In this document: one piece after another, positions 16,190 through 24,457 of the stretch
Numbering within the stretch: position 1 is the stretch's first letter
How the letters are laid out: every line of letters starts with the position of its first letter
Virus record (IMG/VR): IMGVR_UViG_3300031589_000016
Span: 1 to 29,567 of that record
Reading direction: 5' to 3' (one strand)
Source: a virus
Taxonomy: Duplodnaviria > Caudoviricetes
DNA: 29,567 nucleotides
Position numbers and translations under genes: made by a program
The notes under the pieces: model-generated
What the model was told of the DNA's origin: nothing
The model's database searches: none
What the model saw: only the letters and a program-made list of their open reading frames with translations

Positions 16190-16418
16190 ACTAGAAGAGC
16201 TGAAGGCTGCTTGGGATGCTGCTGAAGTTGCTTATGTTGCGGTTGATGCTGCTTGGGATGCTGTTTATGCTGCTGCCCGTGAGGCTGCTTATGATGCTGA
16301 GACTGCTGTTGGCTATGAGGAAGCTGCTGATGCTGCCCACGATGATGCTTATGCTGCTGCTGATGCTGCTTATTATGCTTATAAAATTGAACTAGACCGT
16401 ATTGGAGAAACACTATGA
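16179..16418 (+). CDS. repeat-family protein R11 (79 aa)
   Basis: ATG 16179 after AGGAG; MTTKLEELKAAWDAAEVAY...YKIELDRIGETL. Confidence 0.8.
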   Translation: MTTKLEELKAAWDAAEVAYVAVDAAWDAVYAAAREAAYDAETAVGYEEAADAAHDDAYAAADAAYYAYKIELDRIGETL

Positions 16419-16720
16419 CTGCAACAGTATCAGCTAAAACTATCATCGACAAAGCCTTCTCTCGTTTGTTCTTTGAACTTACGTTTGCAGATATCGAAGT
16501 ATGCAACCACACCGCAGACCTTCTGGCCGAGTTAGAAGGCACTATGTTAGAGCTTTCTGAAAGCACTAGCACTACGGAGATGGAGTTATTCCTCGAAGAC
16601 TCCCATGAAGAGGGTTTCCAAGAAGGTGTACAAATAGCACAACAGGACGCATTTGATGATGGCTTCCAAGAAGGTTATGACCAAGCAATTGCAGATTATG
16701 ACGGGGGGGAAGTAATATGA
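16415..16720 (+). CDS. highly acidic hypothetical protein with G-x-x-E-G repeats
   Basis: EEGFQEG...DDGFQEGY; ATGA-coupled to R11. Confidence 0.7.
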   Translation: MTATVSAKTIIDKAFSRLFFELTFADIEVCNHTADLLAELEGTMLELSESTSTTEMELFLEDSHEEGFQEGVQIAQQDAFDDGFQEGYDQAIADYDGGEVI

Positions 16721-16923
16721 AAAGTTACCTATTCAAGGTTGGCCTAGCTATGTCTATGCTACTAAATGTACTTCTTGGGGGCGATGTGGGTCAAACCTTC
16801 TCAGCTCGCAACCACGAGGCTAAGCGCAATAAGAAAATAAATATCGCTCGCTTTATTGACAAGTTGTTTGGCAAGGACCACTGTATAGAATGTTGGGCGC
16901 ACTGGAAAGTACGCAAGTGGTAA
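16717..16923 (+). CDS. conserved-looking phage hypothetical protein
   Basis: LNVLLGG...TFSAR...FID.LFGKDHC pattern. Confidence 0.75.
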   Translation: MKSYLFKVGLAMSMLLNVLLGGDVGQTFSARNHEAKRNKKINIARFIDKLFGKDHCIECWAHWKVRKW

Positions 16924-16936
16924 TATAGGAGAAGTT

Positions 16937-17158
16937 ATGTTTACTGTAGAACACGAATTTGATAGTACACTAATCACTACGCTAGACCAAAAAGGAGAAC
17001 AAGAAGACGTAGAAGTACACCTTGATGAAGAGTCTGTATTCTTTCGTCAGTGGAGCGAGGAAATCCAAGGCTATGACTTAATTGAAATGTCGATGCAACA
17101 ACTAAAAGATATTGTATCGGCGATAGACTCACCTGAAGGGGCTTACTATGCGAAATGA
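16937..17158 (+). CDS. acidic hypothetical protein
   Basis: AGGAG SD. Confidence 0.75.
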   Translation: MFTVEHEFDSTLITTLDQKGEQEDVEVHLDEESVFFRQWSEEIQGYDLIEMSMQQLKDIVSAIDSPEGAYYAK

Positions 17159-17414
17159 AGTATACGAAGAGCTGGCAATCAGTTTCTTTACACCGGGCCA
17201 CCGTAACCACGAGGAGCTAGCAAAGGGCCTCAAAGAAGAGGTCTACGAAGTTTTAGAGGCAGAGGCTACCGGGACTCGCTCAGATCTACTAGACGAGCTA
17301 GGAGACGTCCTCTGGTATATCACTGTCATGGCTGTAGGTGAAGGCAGTAGCCTGACTGAGCTTATGGAAATCAACCGTGACAAACTAACAGAACGTGAAC
17401 TCTATGGTAAGTGA
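17148..17414 (+). CDS. MazG-like nucleoside triphosphate pyrophosphohydrolase
   Basis: EEVYEV...LLDELGDVLWY...N.DKL (EE..E / E.GD) motif. Confidence 0.85.
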   Translation: MRNEVYEELAISFFTPGHRNHEELAKGLKEEVYEVLEAEATGTRSDLLDELGDVLWYITVMAVGEGSSLTELMEINRDKLTERELYGK

Positions 17415-17434
17415 AGTGGGTAGAGAAGCCTATA

Positions 17435-17468
17435 AAAATAAGGACTAAAAATACTTGACCCTTATGAC
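17435..17468 (+). promoter_or_regulatory. putative phage-RNAP promoter, copy 2
   Basis: Core at 17449-17467; intergenic, upstream of the exonuclease/primase-helicase module. Confidence 0.75.
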
Positions 17469-17507
17469 CTACCACCCCTGTCTGGGGTTAATTAAAGGAA
17501 TATTACT

Positions 17508-18227
17508 ATGACTATGGCTATCATTGATGGTGATGTATTGGTATACATGGCTATCTGGAAGAGTGAATCACTAGAAGAAGCAAAGACTAAGTTCCAAGGA
17601 CTCTTAGATGATGTTCTTAATAGCTTGTTTACTAAAGACTACGTTATGGCCATCGGTGGCCCTGACAACTTTCGATTGGACCTGTTCCCTGAATATAAGG
17701 GGAATCGGAAGAAAGCCAAAGACACTAGACCTGAGTGGTTTGATGACTTGAAGTCTTGGGCTAGTAAACTGGAAGGCTCTGTAGAGTCTGATAACTGTGA
17801 AGCTGATGACCTAGTACGTGTATGGGCTTTGGAATGTAATGCAGCAGGTATTAACTGTGCTGTTGTTTCTGTCGATAAAGACTTACATTGTATTGTAGGT
17901 ACCCACTATAACCCACGAACAAAGAAGATTTACCAGATTGATGAAGAGTATGCAGGTCGGTTCTACTGGCAGCAAGTACTAACAGGGGATAGTGTTGACG
18001 CCATACCGGGCTTGTGGAAGGTTGGACCTGTCAAAGCTAAGGCTATGCTGAAAGGAGCAGTCACTTCTAAAGAAATGCGAGATGTTGCATGCAGAGCTTA
18101 TCATGACGCTTACGGCGATGAGGGTTATGCTTACTTGATTGCTAATGGCCGATTGATACACATCTGGCGTCACGTTAATGACTATTTTAAAATTCGGAAG
18201 GAAGTCTATGAATCTGCAATTGCTTGA
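17508..18227 (+). CDS. 5'-3' exonuclease / RNase H (T7 gp6, FEN-like)
   Basis: IIDGD..VY, NFR....PEYKGNR, EADD, SVDKDL, GDSVDAIPGL..VGP motifs. Confidence 0.92.
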   Translation: MTMAIIDGDVLVYMAIWKSESLEEAKTKFQGLLDDVLNSLFTKDYVMAIGGPDNFRLDLFPEYKGNRKKAKDTRPEWFDDLKSWASKLEGSVESDNCEADDLVRVWALECNAAGINCAVVSVDKDLHCIVGTHYNPRTKKIYQIDEEYAGRFYWQQVLTGDSVDAIPGLWKVGPVKAKAMLKGAVTSKEMRDVACRAYHDAYGDEGYAYLIANGRLIHIWRHVNDYFKIRKEVYESAIA

Positions 18228-18939
18228 ATCAATGATGGAACATGCGGTTGACGAGGATGAGTGGGGGCATTGGAAGACGATGCCCTACCTTACTGATGTT
18301 GACCCTATGAAGTCATACGGTTTTGTTTATGTAATCCGTAACAAAACAAACAACAAACTTTACATTGGAAGGAAGAACACACGACACTTCGGTAAGAAGT
18401 CAAGTAAAAACTATGGTAAGGAAACTAACTGGAAACGTTATGCAGGTAGTTCAAAGCACGTCACCGAAGATATAAAGATATTCGGCAAAGATAATTTTGA
18501 ATTTATTCTCTTGGAGTTTTATAACACACGAGGTGGTTTGAACTACGCTGAAATAGCCTTCCAGATTAAATGTGATGTCATGACTGCTAAATTACCAGAT
18601 GGTGAACGCCAGTTCTACAACGGTCAAGTTGGGGCTGTGCGATGGATTCCTAAAGAGACGCGAGACTTCTCAGAAAGAACCCGACAACTCATGTCAGAGG
18701 CTAAGAAAGGCAAGCCTGCTAACAACCCTAATTTGTGTGATAATCTTATCCCCGGAGGTATAGACGCTTACGCAGGTTGGAACTCTAAGCGTATTCAAAT
18801 TAACAAAGGGGATAGTGAAATCATCTTCAACGACACTAAAGACGCGGCCAAGTTTGTAGGCTGTGCTCACGATTCGGTAGCAAGAGTTGCCAGAGGTGAG
18901 AAGAAAACTATATATGGCTGGGAGGCGAAATATCTATGA
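18208..18939 (+). CDS. GIY-YIG (Seg-like) homing endonuclease with NUMOD-like C-terminal DNA-binding modules
   Basis: GFVYVI.N..N.KLYIGRK, Y.GSS, FEFILLE, FYNG; SERTRQLMSEAKKG (NUMOD3-like); F....DAAKFVG...SV.RVA (NUMOD1/HTH-like). Start uncertain. Confidence 0.85.
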   Translation: MNLQLLESMMEHAVDEDEWGHWKTMPYLTDVDPMKSYGFVYVIRNKTNNKLYIGRKNTRHFGKKSSKNYGKETNWKRYAGSSKHVTEDIKIFGKDNFEFILLEFYNTRGGLNYAEIAFQIKCDVMTAKLPDGERQFYNGQVGAVRWIPKETRDFSERTRQLMSEAKKGKPANNPNLCDNLIPGGIDAYAGWNSKRIQINKGDSEIIFNDTKDAAKFVGCAHDSVARVARGEKKTIYGWEAKYL

Positions 18940-19115
18940 TGAAAAGCGTTGCGATGGGAAGTTATCTTCTCGCCTTGGCTTGTTTAGTTATGGGCTTGTT
19001 TGGGCTACTTGGATTCATTGAATTTGAGCTACTAGCAAGCTTGTTACTGTATTTTGTATTAAAGGAAGTCTCTGATTTCTGCGCAAGCCTTTACTACGAA
19101 AACTCAGAGGAGTAA
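18936..19115 (+). CDS. small membrane protein (59 aa)
   Basis: Translated by hand; GGAGG SD; hydrophobic. Confidence 0.6.
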   Translation: MMKSVAMGSYLLALACLVMGLFGLLGFIEFELLASLLLYFVLKEVSDFCASLYYENSEE

Positions 19116-19118
19116 GTT

Positions 19119-20789
19119 ATGGGTCGAATAGTTACTAAGAATCAACCTTGTGATGACTGCGGTGGCTCCGACCCTCTTCAAATCTATGATGATGGTTCTA
19201 CCTTCTGCTTCTCTTGCAGGAAATCACACAAAGCAAAAGGAGATTATGTTAAGCCTATGAATAACGACTCAGGATTCGAACCCGTTGAAAACTCATGGGG
19301 GCCAAGTCTCCGTGAAGTATCTGAGGACTACCCTATTCGGGGTTTCCGTGAACGAAACATTAACAAAACCGTAACCGAGTATTATGGTGTTAAGGTGTCT
19401 TATGACATTGATGGCGCTATTGACACCCACTACTACCCTTACCACAAGGAAGGTGAACTAACAGGTTATAAAGTACGACAGCTTCCTAAAGATTTTAAAG
19501 CCAATGTAGGCAAAGTAAACGGCGGTCTCTTCGGACAGCACCTGTTTAACGGTGGTAAACGCTTAGTGATTACTGAAGGCGAGCTAGACACTCTGGCTGT
19601 TGCCTCAGCTTGGCACAAACGTTATGATACCTTCTATCCTGTTGTTTCTGTTCGCTCTGCTACTTCTTTAAAAGACTTAGTAGAGGAACGTGATTGGATT
19701 CGTAACTTCGATGAGGTTATTATCTGGTTTGATAGCGATGCCCCCGGCCAAGAAGCTATGAAAGAAGCAGCACGTATCATCGGTTATGACAAGGTTAAGA
19801 TTGCTAAAACACCCGACAAGGATGCTAGTGACACTTGGGTTAAAGACCCCGACAAAGTGCTTAAGGCTATCTATGATGCTTGTGACTACACCCCTGCAGG
19901 TATCTTGGGTAAAGATGAACTGTGGGAACAGCTAATCACCTACAACTCCCTTGAGTCTGTCCCTTATCCCCCTTTCATGGATGGTTTGAATGACAAGCTC
20001 AAAGGTATGCGCTTCGGTGAAATTACCTTGTGGACTTCAGGTACTGGTTCAGGTAAGTCTACGCTGCTACGCGAGATTGCCTTCCACCTGTTAGACACTA
20101 CACCTGATAAGATTGGCATCATCTCTCTAGAAGAATCACCAGCAGAAACAGCTCGTAAGATGTCAGGAATGGCCCTTAACCGTAACACCGCAGCAGAGGA
20201 GATTCCACTTGAAGAACTCAAAGAAGGCTACGACAAAGTTTTCGGCGATGATAGAGTACTTGTTCTCGACCATCAAGGCAGCATCTCCGACGGTTCTATC
20301 ATGGACTTTCTGGAGTATATGTGCCTTAGTGGGGCTAAGTATCTCTTTGTTGACCACATTACAATCTTGGCTTCGGAAGGTGCAGAAGGACTTACCGGAA
20401 ACGAAGCAATAGATTTAATTATGAACCAGCTACTACGCATGGCTAAGAAGCACAATGTCTGGATTGGCCTTATCAGTCACTTACGTAAGACAGACAACAA
20501 AGGTAAATCTTTCGAAGAAGGCAAGCTTCCTTCTATGGATGATATTCGTGGTTCAGGTTCAATCAAACAAATCAGTAATGACATCATTGCTTTTGCAAGA
20601 GACGTGGGGAACGCTGATGAACTTAAAAGAAACACGATTAAAACAAAAGTCCTCAAATGTCGTTATACTGGTCTTACAGGCCCATCAGGAGCACTGCTTT
20701 ATAACTTTTCAACTGGAAGACTCAATAAGGGGCAAGACTACGACGACGAAGCAACGAGCCAAGGCTCTGGACAATTTATGAGGGTTTAA
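19119..20789 (+). CDS. DNA primase-helicase (T7 gp4-like; Zn-binding, TOPRIM, SF4 helicase)
   Basis: CDDC...CFSC; ITEGELD; DSD..G; Walker A SGTGSGKS; VDHI; SHLRK; DIRGSGSIKQ; KCRYTG. Confidence 0.96.
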   Translation: MGRIVTKNQPCDDCGGSDPLQIYDDGSTFCFSCRKSHKAKGDYVKPMNNDSGFEPVENSWGPSLREVSEDYPIRGFRERNINKTVTEYYGVKVSYDIDGAIDTHYYPYHKEGELTGYKVRQLPKDFKANVGKVNGGLFGQHLFNGGKRLVITEGELDTLAVASAWHKRYDTFYPVVSVRSATSLKDLVEERDWIRNFDEVIIWFDSDAPGQEAMKEAARIIGYDKVKIAKTPDKDASDTWVKDPDKVLKAIYDACDYTPAGILGKDELWEQLITYNSLESVPYPPFMDGLNDKLKGMRFGEITLWTSGTGSGKSTLLREIAFHLLDTTPDKIGIISLEESPAETARKMSGMALNRNTAAEEIPLEELKEGYDKVFGDDRVLVLDHQGSISDGSIMDFLEYMCLSGAKYLFVDHITILASEGAEGLTGNEAIDLIMNQLLRMAKKHNVWIGLISHLRKTDNKGKSFEEGKLPSMDDIRGSGSIKQISNDIIAFARDVGNADELKRNTIKTKVLKCRYTGLTGPSGALLYNFSTGRLNKGQDYDDEATSQGSGQFMRV

Positions 20790-20790
20790 T

Positions 20791-20997
20791 ATGACAGAAC
20801 AAGAAGCCATCCTAATAAGTATTATCCTCAACATGGCAATAGACGGGAAGTGTGACTTAACACAGTTATCACCTCACGTTGCTGGTTTTATTGAAGGTAC
20901 GATAGAGGACTACGAAGAAGACCCTGAAGAAAACGAAGTACTGTACTGGTACGCACACACGGTACTTGAGCCTCTACCAAAAAGGAAACTACATTAA
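20791..20997 (+). CDS. acidic hypothetical protein
   Basis: GAGG SD; contiguous with the helicase gene. Confidence 0.65.
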   Translation: MTEQEAILISIILNMAIDGKCDLTQLSPHVAGFIEGTIEDYEEDPEENEVLYWYAHTVLEPLPKRKLH

Positions 20998-21025
20998 TCA
21001 AGGGTTAACCTAATAGGAGAGACCT

Positions 21026-21205
21026 ATGGACTACAGGATTATGCAAAAAGGGCAGCAAGTCGCCTTCTCTAACTCTTTCCATGAAATCTACAACTATGCT
21101 ATCCAATACCGTAGAGACGGTGAGTTGACTGTTGAAATACTCCTCGAAGAGGGGTGGGTTTTAATGAAAAAATCTTATAGAATACAAGGGGGTAGCTATG
21201 AGTAG
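21026..21205 (+). CDS. hypothetical protein (59 aa)
   Basis: Translated by hand; AGGAG SD. Confidence 0.6.
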   Translation: MDYRIMQKGQQVAFSNSFHEIYNYAIQYRRDGELTVEILLEEGWVLMKKSYRIQGGSYE

Positions 21206-21506
21206 TATTTTTGAAACACGAAAGAGGCCTGAGTTAGGCATAGATAATATTATAGTAATCGATTGTGGTGCAGGGGGTCGCTTCGAATGTTCTAGCACTA
21301 AGGAAGCTAACGAAGTTATTGAGCAGGCTAATATGAAAGGCTGTGGTTTCAGTATATCTGTGGAAGACCTCCCTGAGAGAAGTTTAATGGAACAGAAAAT
21401 AGCTGCATTAGACCTTGCAAAACAGAGAATGCTTGACGCAGAGGTTGAGCTTGCTCTTGCCAGTGAAGAATACTTTGAAGAGCTAAATAGAAAGAAACAA
21501 AAATGA
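21198..21506 (+). CDS. hypothetical protein with a C-terminal coiled coil
   Basis: ORF track; GGGGG SD. Confidence 0.65.
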   Translation: MSSIFETRKRPELGIDNIIVIDCGAGGRFECSSTKEANEVIEQANMKGCGFSISVEDLPERSLMEQKIAALDLAKQRMLDAEVELALASEEYFEELNRKKQK

Positions 21507-21910
21507 CTAAAACACTAATAGATGAAATTTCTGATGCAGACTGGAACGACCCTAGTGTAGCAGATTGGAATATAACTGTAGGAGAAACAAAAATGACTAA
21601 AACAACAATTGACGATATCGACCCTAAGTTCCACAAAGCTTGGCACTATGCTAACGACTTTATGGCGACAGCTATTAAGAGCGAGAAGCACTGTGAGATT
21701 TTCCTTGAAGGGACTGATCGGTCAACTGAAGAAAAAGAATTCTTGCTTTGGGCTTGGGTTCTGATTACAACAGGCCAAGATACTATTATCCGAGATGGAG
21801 TCATCTATACTTGTTATGATGATGAGGATGACATCGAGAACGATGACTACTATGAAGATATCGAAGACCTGCTACACGAAGAAGAAACAAACAAAGAAAC
21901 AAAGGACTAA
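21503..21910 (+). CDS. acidic hypothetical protein with a duplicated start (alternative ATG 21593)
   Basis: AGAAACAAAAATGACTAAAACA at 21493 and 21583; very acidic C-terminus. Confidence 0.7.
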   Translation: MTKTLIDEISDADWNDPSVADWNITVGETKMTKTTIDDIDPKFHKAWHYANDFMATAIKSEKHCEIFLEGTDRSTEEKEFLLWAWVLITTGQDTIIRDGVIYTCYDDEDDIENDDYYEDIEDLLHEEETNKETKD

Positions 21911-21914
21911 TTAC

Positions 21915-23786
21915 ATGAACAATTACGAAAGCTTCATTCATCTTAGCCGTTACTCCCGTTTTCTAGAGGCCCTTGGTCGTCGTGAAACGTGGAGCGAAAC
22001 CGTTGATAGATTGATTGGTTTCTGGAAAGAAGAAGTAAGCCATAACGTACTCACTGACGAAGAGTTTGAGATGCTCCATGATGCTGTCCGCAACCGTGAA
22101 GTAATGCCTTCGATGCGTGCTATGTGGGCAGCGGGAGATGCTTTGCGTCAAAACCCGTTTCGAGGCTACAACTGTAGCTTTACTGATGTTGACCACATCC
22201 GAGTGTTCGACGAAATCCTCTACATCCTCATGTCAGGTACTGGCGTAGGCTTCGGAGCACAACAAATTACAGGTAACAAACTCCCTATTGTTAATGACAC
22301 TTTCAACCTCTCTGAACGAACAATCCAAATTGAAGACTCTTCAGAAGGCTGGTCAAAGGCCCTGCGTAAGCTGATTGCAGAACTATACCTTGGAAACATG
22401 CACCAGTGGGACTACAGTAAGATTCGACCTGAAGGTGCTCGCCTAAAGACTATGGGTGGTCGGGCTTCTGGTCCAGCACCACTGCAAGACCTTATGTCCT
22501 TTGTAACAGCTATCTTTAAGAAGGCAGCGGGTCGTAAACTAACTCCACAGGAAATCCACGACATTATTTGTAAGATTGCTGAAGTAGTAGTAGTAGGCGG
22601 TGTCCGTCGCTCTGCACTCATCTCTCTGTCAGACCTTGGAGACCCTGAACTACGTGACTGTAAGTCTGGTCGTTGGTGGGAAACTGCTTCACACCGTGCC
22701 TTGGCTAACAACTCCGCAGCCTACGACTCTAAGCCGTCTATGATGGTGTTTATGGATGAGTGGACTGCTCTAATGAAATCAGGTTCTGGTGAACGTGGTA
22801 TCTTTAACCGTGCTGGCGCTCGTGCCTTTGCACCTAAACGTCGTAACGCTGACTTGCTGCGGGGAACAAATCCTTGTGCAGAAATCCAACTACGTTCCAA
22901 TCAGCTATGTAACCTTTCAGAGGTAGTCTGCCGTGTTGATGACACGGAAGAAGACCTAAAGCGTAAAGTCAAGCTGGCTACTATCTTGGGAACACTACAA
23001 GCTTCTCTGACGGAGTTTAAGTATGTTCGTAAGATTTGGCAGAAGAACTGTGAAGAAGAGCGCCTACTCGGTGTGTCCTTGACAGGTATTCAAGACTGTA
23101 AGATTCTACGTAACCCAGACCCAAAGATGCTAGAGAGGCTACGCGACTATGCTGGAGAGGTTAATGTTGCATACGCAGCCAAGCTTAACATCAACCCCGC
23201 TACTGCTATTACTACTATCAAGCCCAGTGGCACTGTATCTCAGCTTGTTGATTCTAGCTCAGGTATACACGGTCGATTCTCACCCTACTACATTAGAACC
23301 GTCCGTCAAGCCAACAACGACCCACTAACAGAAATGCTCAAAGCACAAGGTGTCCCTAACGAGCCTGATGAGATGAACCCTCATAAGACAACTATCTTCT
23401 CGTTCCCTATCAAGTCACCAGCAGGTGCTACCTTGGCTAACGAGCAGACAGCTATCGAACAACTAGAGAACTGGTTAATCTTCCAGAAGCATTGGTCAGA
23501 ACATTCTGTGAGTGTTACTGTCTATGTTAAGGAAGATGAGTGGATGACAGTCGGTGACTGGGTCTATCAGAACTTTGACCACATCACGGGTGTAAGCTTC
23601 TTGCCTTATTCTGAGCACACTTACGCGCAGGCACCTTACCAACCTTGTACTAGGAAAGAATTTGATGCTGCTGTAGCTGCTATGCCAACAGTAGACTTCT
23701 CTAAACTTTCCGAGTATGAATTCGAAGACAATACTGAAGGAAGTCAAACATTGGCCTGTACTGGTGGTGCTTGTGAAATACTTTAA
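21915..23786 (+). CDS. nrdJ: class II (adenosylcobalamin-dependent) ribonucleotide reductase
   Basis: PSMR.MW, YNC, GGVRRSA, TNPCAEI thiyl Cys, CNL, TIKPSGTVS, C-terminal CTGGAC pair. No adjacent beta-subunit gene. ATG 21915 after AAGGA preferred over 21795. Confidence 0.92.
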   Translation: MNNYESFIHLSRYSRFLEALGRRETWSETVDRLIGFWKEEVSHNVLTDEEFEMLHDAVRNREVMPSMRAMWAAGDALRQNPFRGYNCSFTDVDHIRVFDEILYILMSGTGVGFGAQQITGNKLPIVNDTFNLSERTIQIEDSSEGWSKALRKLIAELYLGNMHQWDYSKIRPEGARLKTMGGRASGPAPLQDLMSFVTAIFKKAAGRKLTPQEIHDIICKIAEVVVVGGVRRSALISLSDLGDPELRDCKSGRWWETASHRALANNSAAYDSKPSMMVFMDEWTALMKSGSGERGIFNRAGARAFAPKRRNADLLRGTNPCAEIQLRSNQLCNLSEVVCRVDDTEEDLKRKVKLATILGTLQASLTEFKYVRKIWQKNCEEERLLGVSLTGIQDCKILRNPDPKMLERLRDYAGEVNVAYAAKLNINPATAITTIKPSGTVSQLVDSSSGIHGRFSPYYIRTVRQANNDPLTEMLKAQGVPNEPDEMNPHKTTIFSFPIKSPAGATLANEQTAIEQLENWLIFQKHWSEHSVSVTVYVKEDEWMTVGDWVYQNFDHITGVSFLPYSEHTYAQAPYQPCTRKEFDAAVAAMPTVDFSKLSEYEFEDNTEGSQTLACTGGACEIL

Positions 23787-23812
23787 TTTAAATCATATTT
23801 AGGAGAATCAAA

Positions 23813-23932
23813 ATGACGTTACTAGCACAATTGTTCGGAATTACTCTGGGCTTGTTTATCCGTTTCGGTATCTTTGTAGCAAGTGTTTATCTTGCTATTG
23901 AAGCCCTTAAATTGTTTGGAGTAGCTACATAA
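23813..23932 (+). CDS. small membrane protein (39 aa)
   Basis: Translated by hand; AGGAG SD; hydrophobic. Confidence 0.6.
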   Translation: MTLLAQLFGITLGLFIRFGIFVASVYLAIEALKLFGVAT

Positions 23933-24219
23933 TGCCTTATATCACCCCACAAGACCGTGTTCAAATAGATGAACAGATTAGTCATGTCACGCCTCAAGAT
24001 GGTGGTGAACTGCAATACATGATTGCAACGTTAATTCAGAACTACTACGATAATGCTTGTCGGGGCTCTCACCCTCGTTATGCTGATATGGAAATGATGA
24101 TGGGAGCGCTCAACGGCGCTTCCCTCGAACATTATCGGTGTGTTGTAGCACCCTATGAAGACCACAAAATGGAACAGAATGGAGGAGTTTATAATGTCAA
24201 ACGTGGTAACGCTTACTAA
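23932..24219 (+). CDS. conserved phage hypothetical protein (possibly DUF6899-like)
   Basis: MPYI...R...GEL.Y.I...GAL....LE.YR.VVAPYED.K...NG.VY pattern; family name from memory. Confidence 0.7.
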   Translation: MPYITPQDRVQIDEQISHVTPQDGGELQYMIATLIQNYYDNACRGSHPRYADMEMMMGALNGASLEHYRCVVAPYEDHKMEQNGGVYNVKRGNAY

Positions 24220-24457
24220 CTTCAAAACTAAAAAAGAACTGGAAGAAAGGGCATCACACGACATCTCTTCAGATGAGGGCTATATGTATGATGCCCTAGA
24301 CCGGGTACTAGATACCTGCGATGAACTAGCTGATGTGGCTCTTGTCATCTTGATGATTGACGGCACTATGGTGTCTGGTGCCACTGATAATGATAAACAA
24401 TTTTTAATGGATCTGATTGCTATGGCAACAGAGGAACTTGAAGGATTAGAAGAATGA
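24194..24457 (+). CDS. acidic hypothetical protein
   Basis: GGAGGAG SD before ATG 24194 (MSNVVTL.NF). Confidence 0.7.
   Translation: MSNVVTLTNFKTKKELEERASHDISSDEGYMYDALDRVLDTCDELADVALVILMIDGTMVSGATDNDKQFLMDLIAMATEELEGLEE

Larger units (their letters stand above)
13301..16418 (+). repeat. array of 10 paralogous Ala/Tyr/Asp-rich mini-ORFs interleaved with unique ORFs
   Basis: Recurring 5' end close to ATGACTAARYTAGAAGAACTAAAGGCTGCT and 3' ends close to GCTGAACTMAAGAAAACAMAGGAGAACACAMAATGA or GAACTAGACCGTATTGGAGAAACACTATGA, around GCT/TAT/GAT cores. Confidence 0.95.

Noticed and set aside
13301-16418. CRISPR array or diversity-generating retroelement interpretation of the repeat array
   Set aside because: Units are irregular, translated ORFs with low-complexity cores rather than unique spacers. 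There are no cas or reverse transcriptase genes in the window, and no template/variable pair differing only at adenines.
14426-16572. Leu/Met-rich (14426..14629, 5' part of 16080..16418), Ser/Ile-rich (15577..15762) and Gln/His-rich (16186..16572) ORFs, and likewise 2556..2975 and 2612..2821
   Set aside because: These are shadow frames of GCT/TAT/GAT triplet repeats, which lack stops in other frames. They have no SD and overlap better-supported ORFs.
21795-21914. 40-aa N-terminal extension of the RNR in the ORF track
   Set aside because: It overlaps the upstream acidic gene in another frame; the SD-preceded ATG at 21915 fits better.
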